Shown: positions 20,942 to 32,056, counted from the first letter of the stretch. The stretch: DNA of 64,000 bases from Methyloligella sp. (GCA_021604645.1 BQJJ01000003.1:176551-240550), one strand, 5' to 3'. Notes: generated by a model from the sequence alone, not told the origin. Made by a program: numbers and translations.

Positions 20942-22645
20942 ATGGCTATTGTTGGTATCGATTTAGGAACTACAAATTCTTTAGTTTCTTATTGGAGCGA
21001 TGATGGCCCCAAATTAATTCCTAATGCGCTCAAATCCTTTTTGACACCGTCTGTTGTGGGCGTGGATGATCAAGGGGATATTCTTATTGGCGAAGCGGCA
21101 AAAGAGCGCCTCATTACACATCCCCACCTCACCATTGGTGATTTTAAACGAACAATGGGCAGTGAGGCCCTTGTTAAATTAGCTGATGGGGCTCACTCCT
21201 ATCAATTTCGTCCCGAAGAACTGTCGGCTTTTGTACTCCGCTCTTTAAAAGCCGATGCTGAGCAGCATCTTGGTGAAGATGTAACGGGAGCGATTATTTC
21301 TGTTCCAGCTTATTTTAACGACATCCAACGCAAAGCAACGATTGATGCTGGCAAGCTTGCTGGCCTTAAGGTTGATAGTTTGATTAATGAGCCAACAGCT
21401 GCTGCATTGGCTTATGGGCTCAACGAAGTTGATGAAAGCCAGTTTCTTATTTTTGATCTTGGCGGTGGAACCTTTGATGTCTCCATATTGGATAAGTATG
21501 ACAATGTCATGGAAGTGCGGGCGACGGCTGGGGATAATTTTCTTGGCGGTAATGATTTTAGAGATTTATTGTTAGAGACTTTAGGTTCCGATCATAAGAT
21601 GGATTTAGAGGAATTATCCGCCTCTGATAAAAACAAGTTAATACGCTTGGCTGAACTTGTTAAAAAAGATCTATCGGCTCGAGAAGAGGCGACTTATTCA
21701 GCTCAAATTTCTGATGTGAAATTGGAAGGTTCTTTTAGCCGTGACCGGTTTGAAGAGCTGACAAGCTCCTTGCGCCGCCGCTTGCGTGTGCCTATGGAGC
21801 GGGCGATTAATGATGCGACTTTGCGGCCTGAAAATATCGATAATGTTGTGATGGTTGGCGGGGCGTCGCGCATGCCAATGATCCGCCGGATGGTTGGGCG
21901 TTTGTTTCAAAAGTTACCGCTGTCTCATTTAAACCCTGATGAAATTGTGGCGCTGGGTGCTGCTGTTCAAACTGGGCTTAAGACCCGTAATGCTGCGCTT
22001 GAAGATGTGGTTATGACTGATGTTTGTCCTTACACATTAGGGACATCTGCTGTGGTTGATGACAATTATGATAATCTAGTGATTGTGCCGATTATTGAAC
22101 GAAATGCTGTTGTGCCGATTAGTGAAAGTCAGCAATTTTTCACCATACGAGATAAGCAAACGCAAATTAATCTGGATATTTATCAAGGGGAAAATATGCG
22201 CCCTGAAGATAATATTCTATTGGGAGATTTAAAGGTTGAGGTGCCTGCGGCTCCAGCTGGTAAAGAGGGGGTTGATGTTCGGTTTACTTATGACATCAAT
22301 GGTGCTCTTGAAGTTGAAGTAAAGGCGCTTTCAACTGAAAAGATTGTTCGTAAAATTTTTAAAAACCAGGCTAATCTTTCTGATGAGGAATTAGAAAAAC
22401 GGTTTAAAGCTTTAAGTGGAATTAAATTGCACCCGCGTGAACATGCTGAAAATGCTGTGCTAATTGCAAAGGCGGAGCGCATTTACGCTGAAAGCTTGAA
22501 GGCCCAACGAGATTATGTACGCTCGCTCATTCTTGATTTTGAGCAGGCGATTACCGATCAATCTAACCGGGACCTTGATAAGGTTCGTGAACAATTTTCT
22601 CAAAGCTTAACCGAACTTGAGAATAGCATGTTTGATATGGATTGA
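20942..22645 (+). CDS. hscC: Hsp70-family chaperone, HscC type
   Basis: [27 protein letters not shown]; short 567-aa length typical of HscC. Confidence 0.85.
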   Translation: MAIVGIDLGTTNSLVSYWSDDGPKLIPNALKSFLTPSVVGVDDQGDILIGEAAKERLITHPHLTIGDFKRTMGSEALVKLADGAHSYQFRPEELSAFVLRSLKADAEQHLGEDVTGAIISVPAYFNDIQRKATIDAGKLAGLKVDSLINEPTAAALAYGLNEVDESQFLIFDLGGGTFDVSILDKYDNVMEVRATAGDNFLGGNDFRDLLLETLGSDHKMDLEELSASDKNKLIRLAELVKKDLSAREEATYSAQISDVKLEGSFSRDRFEELTSSLRRRLRVPMERAINDATLRPENIDNVVMVGGASRMPMIRRMVGRLFQKLPLSHLNPDEIVALGAAVQTGLKTRNAALEDVVMTDVCPYTLGTSAVVDDNYDNLVIVPIIERNAVVPISESQQFFTIRDKQTQINLDIYQGENMRPEDNILLGDLKVEVPAAPAGKEGVDVRFTYDINGALEVEVKALSTEKIVRKIFKNQANLSDEELEKRFKALSGIKLHPREHAENAVLIAKAERIYAESLKAQRDYVRSLILDFEQAITDQSNRDLDKVREQFSQSLTELENSMFDMD

Positions 22646-22651
22646 TGTTTC

Positions 22652-24091
22652 ATGGATGTTTGGGAAAGATTGGGCATTGAAAAAACGGATGATGAGCGCG
22701 CGATTAAACGAGCGTATGCTAAAAAGCTGAAAACCATTCGCCCTGATGAAGACCCGAAGCATTTTCAAACTCTTAGAGAAGCGCGCGATGAGGCTATATA
22801 TTTAGCTAAGTATGATTTTGATTATGACTATGATTGGGACGATGAAGAAGAGGCCTCTGATAGTTCTTCTCATAATGAAGAAAATCTCTCACCGACTGTA
22901 GAACCGTCTCTTGAGGAACAAGGAGCTGAGAACTTAACTTTAGAGCGTGCTTTAGATGATGCTGAACCTCGGATTGAGGATAGTTATGTTTTAACGCTTG
23001 ATGAGGAAGACGTTAAACGTGATCCCATAATTTCTCAATCAACTAATTCCAAATTAACAGAGTTAAAGGAAGAAGATGCTTTAAGCGAAGTGACTTCTGA
23101 AGGCGCTCCTTCCAACATTCGTGGCACCTCTAATGTCAAAGAGGTTGGGACTAAGCTGGGGGAGAGCGAGACTCCTCCTAATCTGCCTGGTTTTTATGAG
23201 ACTGATATTGATGATGTTACTTATGAACATATTGATGATGAAGTTGAGAATTTAATGGGACCGTGGTCGCTTTGGGATACGGCTGAATGGAAAAAGTTTG
23301 TAAACCGTGTTCGGGAGTGCTCTTTTGATATTTCTAATTATGCTGAATATGAAATTTTAAGCGCACTTGGAGACAACTTAACAGAAGCTAAAATAGAAAG
23401 CTCTTTTAAGAGAGATGCTCGCCTTAACATTCTTTATTACTTAGATGAAGAATATGGTTGGACGCAAAATGACCGGCGGATTTATGCTGTTTTGCCAAGT
23501 GATCAATCTGACGTGTTGATGGATTATTTGCGTCATGGGGAAATAGGTGTGTCTCATGGATCTGGAGAGACATATTATGATGCGTTTGGTTTTCCATTAT
23601 TAACTGCTGAACATTTCAAAGATTATCTGGGAAAGAATGATAGTGTTTATGAAAAATACTATCAAAAAAGTTATTCAGATGGACGTGAGCTGAGACCATC
23701 CTGGTGCTGGCCCGGTTTTATCTTTTCACCGCTTTGGCTGGCTCATAGATGTAATGATGGGTTGGAGGCGCTTGCTGGTATGTTTTATCTTATGGCGCTG
23801 ATTGTACTACATTATGGATTGACCACGCCGAGTGTGATTGCCAGCATTTTAGGCATCTTAATGATCGTATCTATACATGTTCTTGTTGGTGTTTATGGGC
23901 GCAAACTGGTTGTTACGACTTTAGCGAATACTCTTCAAGATTTACAGAACGATGAAAAACTGTCTCAAGATGAAAAACTAAAAAAATTAGCCTCAATTGG
24001 CCGTGGTGGTTTTAAGGCTTTGTTTGACTTTATTGTTGGTATGGCCGGTATTGGATTAATTGCTACGCTTATTTATCGCTTGCTTATTTAG
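22652..24091 (+). CDS. Membrane-anchored J-domain protein (RPD variant) with C-terminal DUF2628-like region
   Basis: WERLGIE...IKRAYAKKLKTIRPDEDP...FQTLREA; acidic linker; SWCWPGFIFSPLWL plus TM helices. Confidence 0.8.
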   Translation: MDVWERLGIEKTDDERAIKRAYAKKLKTIRPDEDPKHFQTLREARDEAIYLAKYDFDYDYDWDDEEEASDSSSHNEENLSPTVEPSLEEQGAENLTLERALDDAEPRIEDSYVLTLDEEDVKRDPIISQSTNSKLTELKEEDALSEVTSEGAPSNIRGTSNVKEVGTKLGESETPPNLPGFYETDIDDVTYEHIDDEVENLMGPWSLWDTAEWKKFVNRVRECSFDISNYAEYEILSALGDNLTEAKIESSFKRDARLNILYYLDEEYGWTQNDRRIYAVLPSDQSDVLMDYLRHGEIGVSHGSGETYYDAFGFPLLTAEHFKDYLGKNDSVYEKYYQKSYSDGRELRPSWCWPGFIFSPLWLAHRCNDGLEALAGMFYLMALIVLHYGLTTPSVIASILGILMIVSIHVLVGVYGRKLVVTTLANTLQDLQNDEKLSQDEKLKKLASIGRGGFKALFDFIVGMAGIGLIATLIYRLLI

Positions 24092-24264
24092 GCTTAAGTA
24101 CTAGAAAAAATTGGGTAAAATGGACTGAATTGTTTCATCTTGCTAGTTTTTTTATTTCTTTATAAGAAAACTTAAGGAGAGTGCTTGTCCCTCTTACAAA
24201 CTATGTTTAAAAGAGACACGGTATATGTGATAAAAAAACACAGATATCATTAAATTTAGTTGAA

Positions 24265-24346
24265 CTTCAGATGCCCACTAGCATCCGCATTAGATGTGCT
24301 TCAGATGTTTAGTTTTGATTTGGCTTTAGTTTCCCACCAGAAACCG
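24265..24346 (-). repeat. Two short hairpin-family copies (24265-24287, 24323-24346)
   Basis: CTTCAG-ATGC-CCACTA-GCAT-CCG and CTTTAG-TTTC-CCACCA-GAAA-CCG. Confidence 0.75.
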
Positions 24347-24390
24347 CTGAAGGCATCCGGAAAACCTAGATAAAGAAAAAGTCGAAAAAT

Positions 24391-26406
24391 ATGTTCAAAA
24401 AAATCCTTATAGCCAATCGCGGTGAAATTGCTTGTCGCGTCATTAAAACAGCTAAAAAAATGGGTATAGCCACTGTGGCTGTTTATTCTGATGCTGATCG
24501 CCAAGCGTTGCATGTGGAAATGGCGGATGAAGCTGTGCATGTTGGTAGTTCGGCGGCTTCTGAGAGTTATCTTTTACCAGAGAAGATTATTGCTGCCGCT
24601 AAAGAAACCGGTGCAGAAGCTATACACCCTGGTTATGGATTTTTATCTGAAAATGCTGATTTTGCCAAAGCCTTGGAGAAGGCAGGTATCGCGTTTATTG
24701 GGCCGAATGTTAAAGCCATCGAAGTGATGGGTGACAAGATTGAATCCAAGAAATTTGCGAATGACGCTAAGGTGAACACTGTCCCTGGTTATATGGGGGA
24801 GATTGAAACGGCTGAAGAAGCTATCAAGATTGCTAATGACATTGGTTACCCAGTGATGATTAAAGCGTCAGCTGGCGGTGGTGGTAAGGGCATGCGTATT
24901 GCCAATTCTGTTGACGAAGTTGAAGAAGGTTTTAATGCGTCGAAGTCGGAAGCTATGTCGAGCTTTGGTGATGATCGTATTTTTATTGAGAAATTTATTG
25001 TTGAACCACGCCACATTGAAATTCAGGTTTTAGCTGATAAGCATGGCAATGTGATTTATTTGAACGAGCGGGAATGTTCTATTCAACGCCGGAACCAAAA
25101 AGTTTTGGAAGAAGCTCCAAGTTCTTTCCTTGATGATGCAACTCGTAAAGAAATGGGTGAGCAGTCAGTTGCTTTGTCAAAGGCTGTTGATTATGAAAGT
25201 GCCGGTACTGTTGAATTTATCGTCGATAAAGACCGTAACTTCTATTTTCTTGAAATGAATACACGTTTGCAAGTTGAGCACCCTGTTACTGAATTGATCA
25301 CTGGTGTTGATTTGGTCGAACAGATGATCAAAGTAGCGGCTGGTGAAAAACTTGAGATAAAGCAATCTGATGTGAAAATTGATGGTTGGTCAATTGAAAG
25401 CCGGATTTATGCGGAAGACCCTTATCGTAACTTCTTACCTTCTATTGGTCGTTTGGTTCGTTATCAGCCACCAGCTGAAAGTACTGAAGATGGTTTAACT
25501 ATTCGAAATGATACGGGTGTTTATGAGGGTGGTGAAATTTCAATGTTTTACGATCCGATGATCGCAAAACTTATCACTCATGCTCCGACCCGCGCTGAAG
25601 CTATTGAGCATATGGCTGGCGCACTTGATCGTTTTTATATTGATGGTATTCAGCATAATATTCCATTTTTGAGTGCGATTATGCAGCATGAGCGCTGGGT
25701 GACCGGAAATATCTCAACCAGCTTTATTGCTGATGAATACCCGGATGGATTTGAACCGCGTGCGCCTGAAGGTGAAGAGCTTAAAGTTTTATCATGTGTT
25801 GCAGCTGCAATTGATTATCTTGGTAATACTCGTCGCCGTCATATTTCTGATCAGATGGAAGGGCGCCGCGTTGTTTTTGCTGAAGATAGAGTTGTGCTTA
25901 TGTCAGATGTTCGCCAAGAGCTAACAGTGGAGCAAGTTGCACCAGAGACTGATGACTTGACTATTCATTTCAAAGGCGAGAAGCCCGAGGCTGTTTCAGT
26001 TTCTTCGAATTGGTGGTTTGGTGAACCTTTGTGGGTTGGTACGGTGAATGGCAAAGATGTTGCTGTCCAAGTTCGTGCAATTGATAATGGGTATGAGCTT
26101 TCTTATTCAGGTGTTACCTCTCCAGCTTTTGTTTATACAAAACGTGAAGCTGAGCTTGCTGCTTTGATGCCTATTAAAGTCGCGCCAGACACATCTAAGC
26201 TGCTTTTATGCCCAATGCCTGGTTTGGTTGTGAAAATCATGGTTGAAGAAGGCGAAGAAGTGAAGGCTGGTCAATCACTTTGTATCGTTGAAGCGATGAA
26301 GATGGAAAACATCCTTAAAGCTGAAAGAGATACTGTTGTTACCAAAATTAATGCAGAAGCTGGTGATAGCCTTGCCGTTGATGCTGTGATTATGGAACTT
26401 GAATAG
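24391..26406 (+). CDS. pccA: Propionyl-CoA carboxylase alpha (biotin carboxylase plus BCCP)
   Basis: ANRGEIA, HPGYGFLSEN, EMNTRLQVEH, EAMKM biotin site. Confidence 0.93.
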   Translation: MFKKILIANRGEIACRVIKTAKKMGIATVAVYSDADRQALHVEMADEAVHVGSSAASESYLLPEKIIAAAKETGAEAIHPGYGFLSENADFAKALEKAGIAFIGPNVKAIEVMGDKIESKKFANDAKVNTVPGYMGEIETAEEAIKIANDIGYPVMIKASAGGGGKGMRIANSVDEVEEGFNASKSEAMSSFGDDRIFIEKFIVEPRHIEIQVLADKHGNVIYLNERECSIQRRNQKVLEEAPSSFLDDATRKEMGEQSVALSKAVDYESAGTVEFIVDKDRNFYFLEMNTRLQVEHPVTELITGVDLVEQMIKVAAGEKLEIKQSDVKIDGWSIESRIYAEDPYRNFLPSIGRLVRYQPPAESTEDGLTIRNDTGVYEGGEISMFYDPMIAKLITHAPTRAEAIEHMAGALDRFYIDGIQHNIPFLSAIMQHERWVTGNISTSFIADEYPDGFEPRAPEGEELKVLSCVAAAIDYLGNTRRRHISDQMEGRRVVFAEDRVVLMSDVRQELTVEQVAPETDDLTIHFKGEKPEAVSVSSNWWFGEPLWVGTVNGKDVAVQVRAIDNGYELSYSGVTSPAFVYTKREAELAALMPIKVAPDTSKLLLCPMPGLVVKIMVEEGEEVKAGQSLCIVEAMKMENILKAERDTVVTKINAEAGDSLAVDAVIMELE

Positions 26407-26548
26407 TAACAAGTTCCATAAGTAACAAGTTGTGTAAGTAATATTGTATTTACTGATAAATTTAAGCTGATTTGACATATAAACAGAACTAATGCCATCA
26501 TGAAAGCAGGGAGTGAAACTTTAATTTATTAAAGGAGACTGCTTCGTA

Positions 26549-27097
26549 ATGAAATTTACAACCACCTTTGTTCTGTTTTTATGTCTGTCCTTTGTTAGTA
26601 TCCCAGCAGTATTTTCACAAGTTAAGCATCAGGTCAGTCAGCAGCTCAATCAGGGACATATTAAACAGTTACCTAGCCATAAGTATCTAGATAGCCGTTG
26701 TACTGATTATTACAGCCGGCCTGTGCTTCATGTCAGAAATGATAGTTTAAGTGATGTTGCGTTTTCGGATTTGATGCGCCATCGCGGTGTTGCTATGGGG
26801 CCGATGACGATTTTGAACATTCGCAGATTGTCAAAATTATCAAAAGCGTCGCAATTGTTTTTCATTGCGCATGAATGTGGTCACCATGTTTTAGGACATC
26901 TTTATTTTCGCTTGCCTGGTCAAACAGCTGAACAAGAGGCTGATTGCTATGCGATCCGTTCTCTTATTCGAAGTGGCATGTTTACATTAAAAGATGTTGC
27001 AGATGTTCAGACTGATATGCGGAAATATGCGCAGGCATCAAGAATGCATATATCTGGTGATGAGCGGGCGATAGCTTTAATCGGCTGTATGGAATAA
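26549..27097 (+). CDS. Secreted HEXXH zinc metalloprotease-like protein
   Basis: Signal peptide; AHECGH plus downstream EQEADC. Confidence 0.65.
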   Translation: MKFTTTFVLFLCLSFVSIPAVFSQVKHQVSQQLNQGHIKQLPSHKYLDSRCTDYYSRPVLHVRNDSLSDVAFSDLMRHRGVAMGPMTILNIRRLSKLSKASQLFFIAHECGHHVLGHLYFRLPGQTAEQEADCYAIRSLIRSGMFTLKDVADVQTDMRKYAQASRMHISGDERAIALIGCME

Positions 27098-27114
27098 TTG
27101 AAGCTGTTTTTCTT

Positions 27115-27777
27115 TTAAGCTTTGAAATGGCTTTCAAAATGAGTTTTGAAGGCTTTTACTATTCTGTCTTCTGTGTAGGCAATGTTTAGCTTTTTAAAAC
27201 TCGTCACACCGTGTTCTTTAATGCCGCAAGGAACGATGCCATTGAAGTGCTCTAGATTTGGTTCGAGGTTTATACTTAACCCGTGAAAGCTAACCCATTT
27301 ACGCAGGCGAATGCCGATGGCTGCTATTTTATCATCGATATCCGGGCCTCTTTGTGGTTGAGGGACCCAGAGACCAACACGGCCTTCTCTTCTGGCGCAC
27401 TCGATATTGAATTCCGAGCAGATATCCATGATCCAGCCTTCAATTTCATGAATAAACCAACGGACATCTTTTTTGCGCTTGTTCAGATCGAGCATGATAT
27501 AGGCAATTTTTTGCCCTGGACCATGATACGTATATTCACCTCCTCTTCCGGTTTGATAAACGGGAAAACGATTTGGAGTGAGGAGATCTTTCTCTTCTGC
27601 GCTTGTGCCTGCTGTGTATAGAGGGGGGTGTTCCAGGAGCCAGATACACTCTGATTTCTCGCCTTTATGGATTTGTTCTACTCTTTTTTCCATAAATTCA
27701 AGGGCATCAGGGTATGGAACCGGAAAATCGCTGATTTTCCAGTGAACATCACATTCAATATCTGTTTTGTTTACCAT
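27115..27777 (-). CDS. lipB: Octanoyltransferase LipB (start approximate)
   Basis: LEHPPLYTAG, RGGEYTYHGPGQ, KIAAIG, IVPCGI. Confidence 0.95.
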   Translation of the reverse strand: MVNKTDIECDVHWKISDFPVPYPDALEFMEKRVEQIHKGEKSECIWLLEHPPLYTAGTSAEEKDLLTPNRFPVYQTGRGGEYTYHGPGQKIAYIMLDLNKRKKDVRWFIHEIEGWIMDICSEFNIECARREGRVGLWVPQPQRGPDIDDKIAAIGIRLRKWVSFHGLSINLEPNLEHFNGIVPCGIKEHGVTSFKKLNIAYTEDRIVKAFKTHFESHFKA

Positions 27778-27989
27778 TCGGTAACTAAGCTCCAACACAA
27801 TTAGATTACTGACTCGGAATATAGAACTATAGCCTTTCAGTCAAACATGCCGAGTAACTCATACTCGTTATTTGGTTTTAAAGACACATGAAATTCGTTG
27901 GTACTTTCGTTAATGCTATGGTTGAGAAGCCTTTATAAGGTTTTTTTATATTTAGAATTATAAATTGATTTGTTTGAGGACTTTTCGTT

Positions 27990-28232
27990 ATGACGCCCAT
28001 TTCTGGTGTGGAAATTGAGTTAAGTGTTGTGATTGGGCGGCGGACTATGCCGATCAACCATCTCTTGCGCATGGGGCGCGGCGCCGTGATTGAACTTGAA
28101 GCAAACGTAAATGATGAAGTTGAAATTCTTGCAAATATGGTTCCTATTGGGCGCGGTGAGGTTATTGTTGAGGGTGATCGCATTACGGTTGAAATCACTC
28201 AAAAATATAACCTGAGTGATATGGCAGCTTAG
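27990..28232 (+). CDS. FliM/FliN (SpoA-domain) family protein
   Basis: VELSVVIGRRTMPINHLL...IGRGEVIV; conserved lipB-fliN-tRNA-Leu context. Confidence 0.85.
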   Translation: MTPISGVEIELSVVIGRRTMPINHLLRMGRGAVIELEANVNDEVEILANMVPIGRGEVIVEGDRITVEITQKYNLSDMAA

Positions 28233-28354
28233 GTTTTTCTTTTCAAAATTTCCAAATAAAAAGCTCTTGCCTTCATTGGGCAGGTTTGTTAAATGTCTTT
28301 TTCTCAGTAAGGGAGTTTACTACTTAAGTAAACCTACCAGCCTTTACTTATTGT

Positions 28355-28441
28355 GCGGCCGTGGCGGAACTGGTAGACGCGCAGCGTTGAGGTCGCTGTC
28401 CGGTAACACGGGTGGAAGTTCGAGTCTTCTCGGCCGCACCA
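28355..28441 (+). tRNA. tRNA-Leu(GAG), CCA encoded
   Basis: Acceptor stem GCGGCCG/CGGCCGC, D-loop TGGTAGA, anticodon stem CAGCG/CGCTG with loop TTGAGGT, long variable arm, TTCGAG T-loop. Confidence 0.97.
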
Positions 28442-28598
28442 ATAGGCTACAGACTAGCCTGTTTTTTATTCTTCATTTTTTCAATTAGAATTATTTTTAT
28501 GTTTTTCTTAATCGCTTGATGAACGATTTAGGTTACTTGTTTTGTAACTTGGAGATGGTTCTTATCTGAATTATTTATAATTATGGGTTAGTTTTATA

Positions 28599-28637
28599 AG
28601 GGCTTGTTGGTCCTTGGTTTTGATATCAACAAGCCCT
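28599..28637. terminator. Hairpin between tRNA-Leu and the convergent Cys-rich gene
   Basis: AGGGCTTGTTG...CAACAAGCCCT. Confidence 0.6.
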
Positions 28638-28653
28638 TTGGTTCATTTATTGA

Positions 28654-29556
28654 TTAAAAGACTTTGTTACATGCTCTTGATGGGCAGAGGTATGTTGTGC
28701 CGTGGCCGATTGCACCGCCGGCTCCTACGCTGCCGATACCGATGCCAACAGAGACACCTTTGATAAGGAGTGTTCTTTTGTCATACCAGAGAACAACACC
28801 TACACCAGAGCCCACATCAAAGTTTCCTATGGCTGCGTATAGCGCTCCGCCAACATTATTGGGGGTGTCTGTAAAGGCTGACATTACAAGATCATTTCCA
28901 ACACCTAAGATAACGCCACCAAAATAAGTTTTAGAAACATAGAGAGGTGCACGCCCTCTTTGGTTTACTGGTAGAGCAAGTCCTGTTTCGCGGCCGTAAC
29001 CACCAGCCACTGATACAGAAGATTGGACACCAACTGATAATGTTCTAAATCCAGCTTTTTGTAGGGCAGTTTGTACAGCTCTTGTCTGCATATCCTGAAT
29101 AACACTTCTAATTCTGTTTGGATCTTTTGATTTAAGGGCAGCTTTTAAGCGTCTGATCATTTGCTTGTTGCCGACGCGTCTTAACGTATTGGCAATTGTA
29201 CGGATCATTGGTTTAAAGCGCTGTGCTTGAGTTCTTGCGTCTCTCAGTAATTTCTTTTTGACTGATTGTTTTGGTTTCACACATTTGCCGATTTTCCATT
29301 TCAGGCCTCTTTTACAAGCCTTTCCTTTTTTGGTGATGGGGCAAGCTCTTTGATTTTGCCCACCGCATGGACGGCATACGCCTCTTACATTTGTGAGCCA
29401 GCTTCTGCACATGCCGCCTTTTTTAAAAACAGAACAAACTTTTTGATTGTGGCCACCGCATGCTGCCTGGGCAGGGGTGATTGTGGTGAGTGATGTTAAT
29501 AAGCAAAGTACTATAAGTGTGATTTGAGCTTTTAAAATTTTTGTAAGTTTCTTCAT
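28654..29556 (-). CDS. Secreted basic protein with two Cys-rich repeats and a Gly-rich C-terminal domain
   Basis: Signal peptide (AQA); two CGGxNQxxC-x8-C-x10-C repeats; K/R-rich helical middle. Confidence 0.75.
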   Translation of the reverse strand: MKKLTKILKAQITLIVLCLLTSLTTITPAQAACGGHNQKVCSVFKKGGMCRSWLTNVRGVCRPCGGQNQRACPITKKGKACKRGLKWKIGKCVKPKQSVKKKLLRDARTQAQRFKPMIRTIANTLRRVGNKQMIRRLKAALKSKDPNRIRSVIQDMQTRAVQTALQKAGFRTLSVGVQSSVSVAGGYGRETGLALPVNQRGRAPLYVSKTYFGGVILGVGNDLVMSAFTDTPNNVGGALYAAIGNFDVGSGVGVVLWYDKRTLLIKGVSVGIGIGSVGAGGAIGHGTTYLCPSRACNKVF

Positions 29557-29779
29557 GATTTTTGTCCCTTGTGTTGCGTCTAGGGAAAAACTATGGCTTG
29601 GCTAATGAATGGAAAATGAATGTTTGGTGCTTTAAGCCGAACATGAATTATTCTTAATGATATGGTTCTGAATTGTTCTCATTTTGCTGTTTTTTGATGG
29701 TTTATTTATAGGTTTTGCTCTTTCTTAACCACGAATAATGAGTGAGTGTTATTCTTTATTTCAAAATAAAGCCCTCATT

Positions 29780-32056
29780 TTATTGCCAAAAATTGAATTC
29801 GATATTCTCTGGTGCGAGGCAGACTTGGTCGCTGCAGGCTTGTAGCTTTAAAGCGATTTTGTTTGCGACTTGTTGTTGGTTTTTGGGAAAGTCTGTCATG
29901 ATTGTTTTTTCTCCTTCATAGAGTGAGAGTTTCTCTTTATTGAAGGAGAGGGATTTTATTTTAGGTTTTGGAAATTCTTTCGCTTCGATCTTTTGACCAT
30001 TTATTGTTATTTGAGTTGGAATTAAATAGTCTTCTAATGGAGCATTTGAATTGATATGCCAGCCAGGACGTATGGTGATAGTGAGTGTTACTCCCTTAGT
30101 CTCTCTATTTAATTTAAGAGCAACTTTTACATTTCCCTTTGCTGTGTCTCGAATAAACCCGGTGTTGCCATTGCTCGCAGCGTTAACAGCGTTTACCAAA
30201 ACACCTCTCATTTGTGGGTTGCTCAGAGCATGGCCTGAGAGCGCAGAGGCGAGTAAAAGGCTTTTCTTTTTTTGTTCAGAATTGCCATTTTTTTCTGCCA
30301 GTGCATGTAATAATTTCAAGGCAAGCGCGTTGCCTGATGGGATTGGATTGTCATCAAGGGGCGGGAAGGTGCCGATGCCATCTTGCGTTTCTGTCATACG
30401 GTATGGAGTGATTTCTTTTGACCATTGGGAGCCAAATCGTAATTGTAATTCATCGGCCAATCTTTGAACCGTTTTCATAGAAGTTTGGTTCTGTTCTCCT
30501 GATGGTTTGTATGTTTCAAGTGCGAGTAATGCTAATCCAAGCCCTGCGTAATCGGCTAACTGACCGTCAATTCCTATGTTTCCTTTATAGCTTGCGCGAT
30601 AGAGGCGATCTTTTTTAAGCATGTTTTGTGTGATGTAGTTAGCTGCTTTTTTTGCGGCCGTATAATAATTTTCTCGCTCTAGGATGTATGAGGCATGGGC
30701 CAGGGCTTCTATCATCATGGCATTCCAGGATACTATTATTTTTTTATCTTTGTGGGGGGGATTTCTTTTTTCTCGGGCTTGTCTTAATTGTTCAAGTTCA
30801 CCCTTTAATTTCTCATAATAGATTTGTTCGTTTAGTTTTAGTGATTTTGCGATGTCTGCTGGTAGTTGTTCTAAATGCAGAATATTTTTTCCCTCAAAGT
30901 TTCCGTTGTTAGTTAGTGGAAATGTTTTGAGAAGGACAGATGTTTTTGAATTGTAGAATTCCTCAATTTCCTGTTTTGACCAGATGTAGAAAGCACCTTC
31001 AATTTTTTTGCCGTTTTCATCTATGGAGTCTGCGTCTTCAGCTGAGTAGAAGCCGCCGTTCTTGTCTTGCATATCTCGGAGAACATAATCGAATAACCGA
31101 ATGGCTGTTTGTTTGTATCTCTCTTTTCCGGTTAGGGCATAGGTTCTTACAAGAAGGTTTCCGATTAAAGCCTGGTTGTAGAGCATTTTTTCAAAGTGAG
31201 GAACGAGCCAGCGTTCATCAACGCTATAGCGGTGAAAGCCTCCACCTACATGGTCATGTATGCCACCTTTGATCATGCCGTCTAATGCGGCCATTGCGGT
31301 GAATAATGCGGTGTTATCTCCTCTCTCAGCTTGATCCAGAAGAAATGACAGGGCTGATTCTTGAGGGAATTTAGGAGCAACTCCAAAGCCACCGTTAAAT
31401 TCGTCTTTGTTTTTGGTTGTCATTTGCATGGCTTCAGAAATGACTTCTGGCGTTATATTTCGTACCCCTTCAGTTCGGTTCATGTAGCGGTTTATACCAT
31501 CTGCGACCTGCTTGCCTTGTTCAATGAGTGTTGTTTGTTCGGTTTTCCAGAGTTTTACAATATGTTTTAGGGTGCTTAGGAATTGGTCTGGGGGGAGGTA
31601 AGTGGAGGCATGGAATGGTTTTGCATTTGCTGTGAGGAAAACTGAATTGGGCCAGCCGCCTGTGCCTGTCATAGCTTCGGTTACAAGCATAAACTGGCTG
31701 TCGAGGTCAGGGCGTTGCTCTCTGTCTACTTTGATGGAGATGAAATGTTCGTTTAGATATTTTCCAATTTCTTCATTTTCAAAACTTTCGCGGGCCATGA
31801 CGTGACACCAATGACAGGTTGAGTAACCAACAGAGAGAAAGATCGGTTTGTTTTCTGCCTTTGCTTTTTTTAAAGCTTCTTCACCCCAAGGGTACCAGTT
31901 AACTGTGTTGTAGAGATGTTGTAGAAGATAGGGGGATTGGGAGCCGAGTAGTTTGTTGGCAGTTTGTTTTTTGGTTTCTGTTTTTTCAGCTGCTGCGTAT
32001 GAATGACTAAAAAGAATATATAAACAAGTAATAGATATTTGAATGAATAACTTCAT
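29780..32056 (-). CDS. Secreted YyaL/SSP411-like thioredoxin-domain protein with C-terminal DsbD-N-like domain (probable ATG 32056)
   Basis: [36 protein letters not shown]; C-terminal PGWHINSN...[11 protein letters not shown]. Confidence 0.88.
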   Translation of the reverse strand: MKLFIQISITCLYILFSHSYAAAEKTETKKQTANKLLGSQSPYLLQHLYNTVNWYPWGEEALKKAKAENKPIFLSVGYSTCHWCHVMARESFENEEIGKYLNEHFISIKVDREQRPDLDSQFMLVTEAMTGTGGWPNSVFLTANAKPFHASTYLPPDQFLSTLKHIVKLWKTEQTTLIEQGKQVADGINRYMNRTEGVRNITPEVISEAMQMTTKNKDEFNGGFGVAPKFPQESALSFLLDQAERGDNTALFTAMAALDGMIKGGIHDHVGGGFHRYSVDERWLVPHFEKMLYNQALIGNLLVRTYALTGKERYKQTAIRLFDYVLRDMQDKNGGFYSAEDADSIDENGKKIEGAFYIWSKQEIEEFYNSKTSVLLKTFPLTNNGNFEGKNILHLEQLPADIAKSLKLNEQIYYEKLKGELEQLRQAREKRNPPHKDKKIIVSWNAMMIEALAHASYILERENYYTAAKKAANYITQNMLKKDRLYRASYKGNIGIDGQLADYAGLGLALLALETYKPSGEQNQTSMKTVQRLADELQLRFGSQWSKEITPYRMTETQDGIGTFPPLDDNPIPSGNALALKLLHALAEKNGNSEQKKKSLLLASALSGHALSNPQMRGVLVNAVNAASNGNTGFIRDTAKGNVKVALKLNRETKGVTLTITIRPGWHINSNAPLEDYLIPTQITINGQKIEAKEFPKPKIKSLSFNKEKLSLYEGEKTIMTDFPKNQQQVANKIALKLQACSDQVCLAPENIEFNFWQ

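Noticed and set aside
31800-31830. CHWCH in the YyaL protein as a heme c site
   Set aside because: It is the conserved thioredoxin-like motif of the YyaL/SSP411 family
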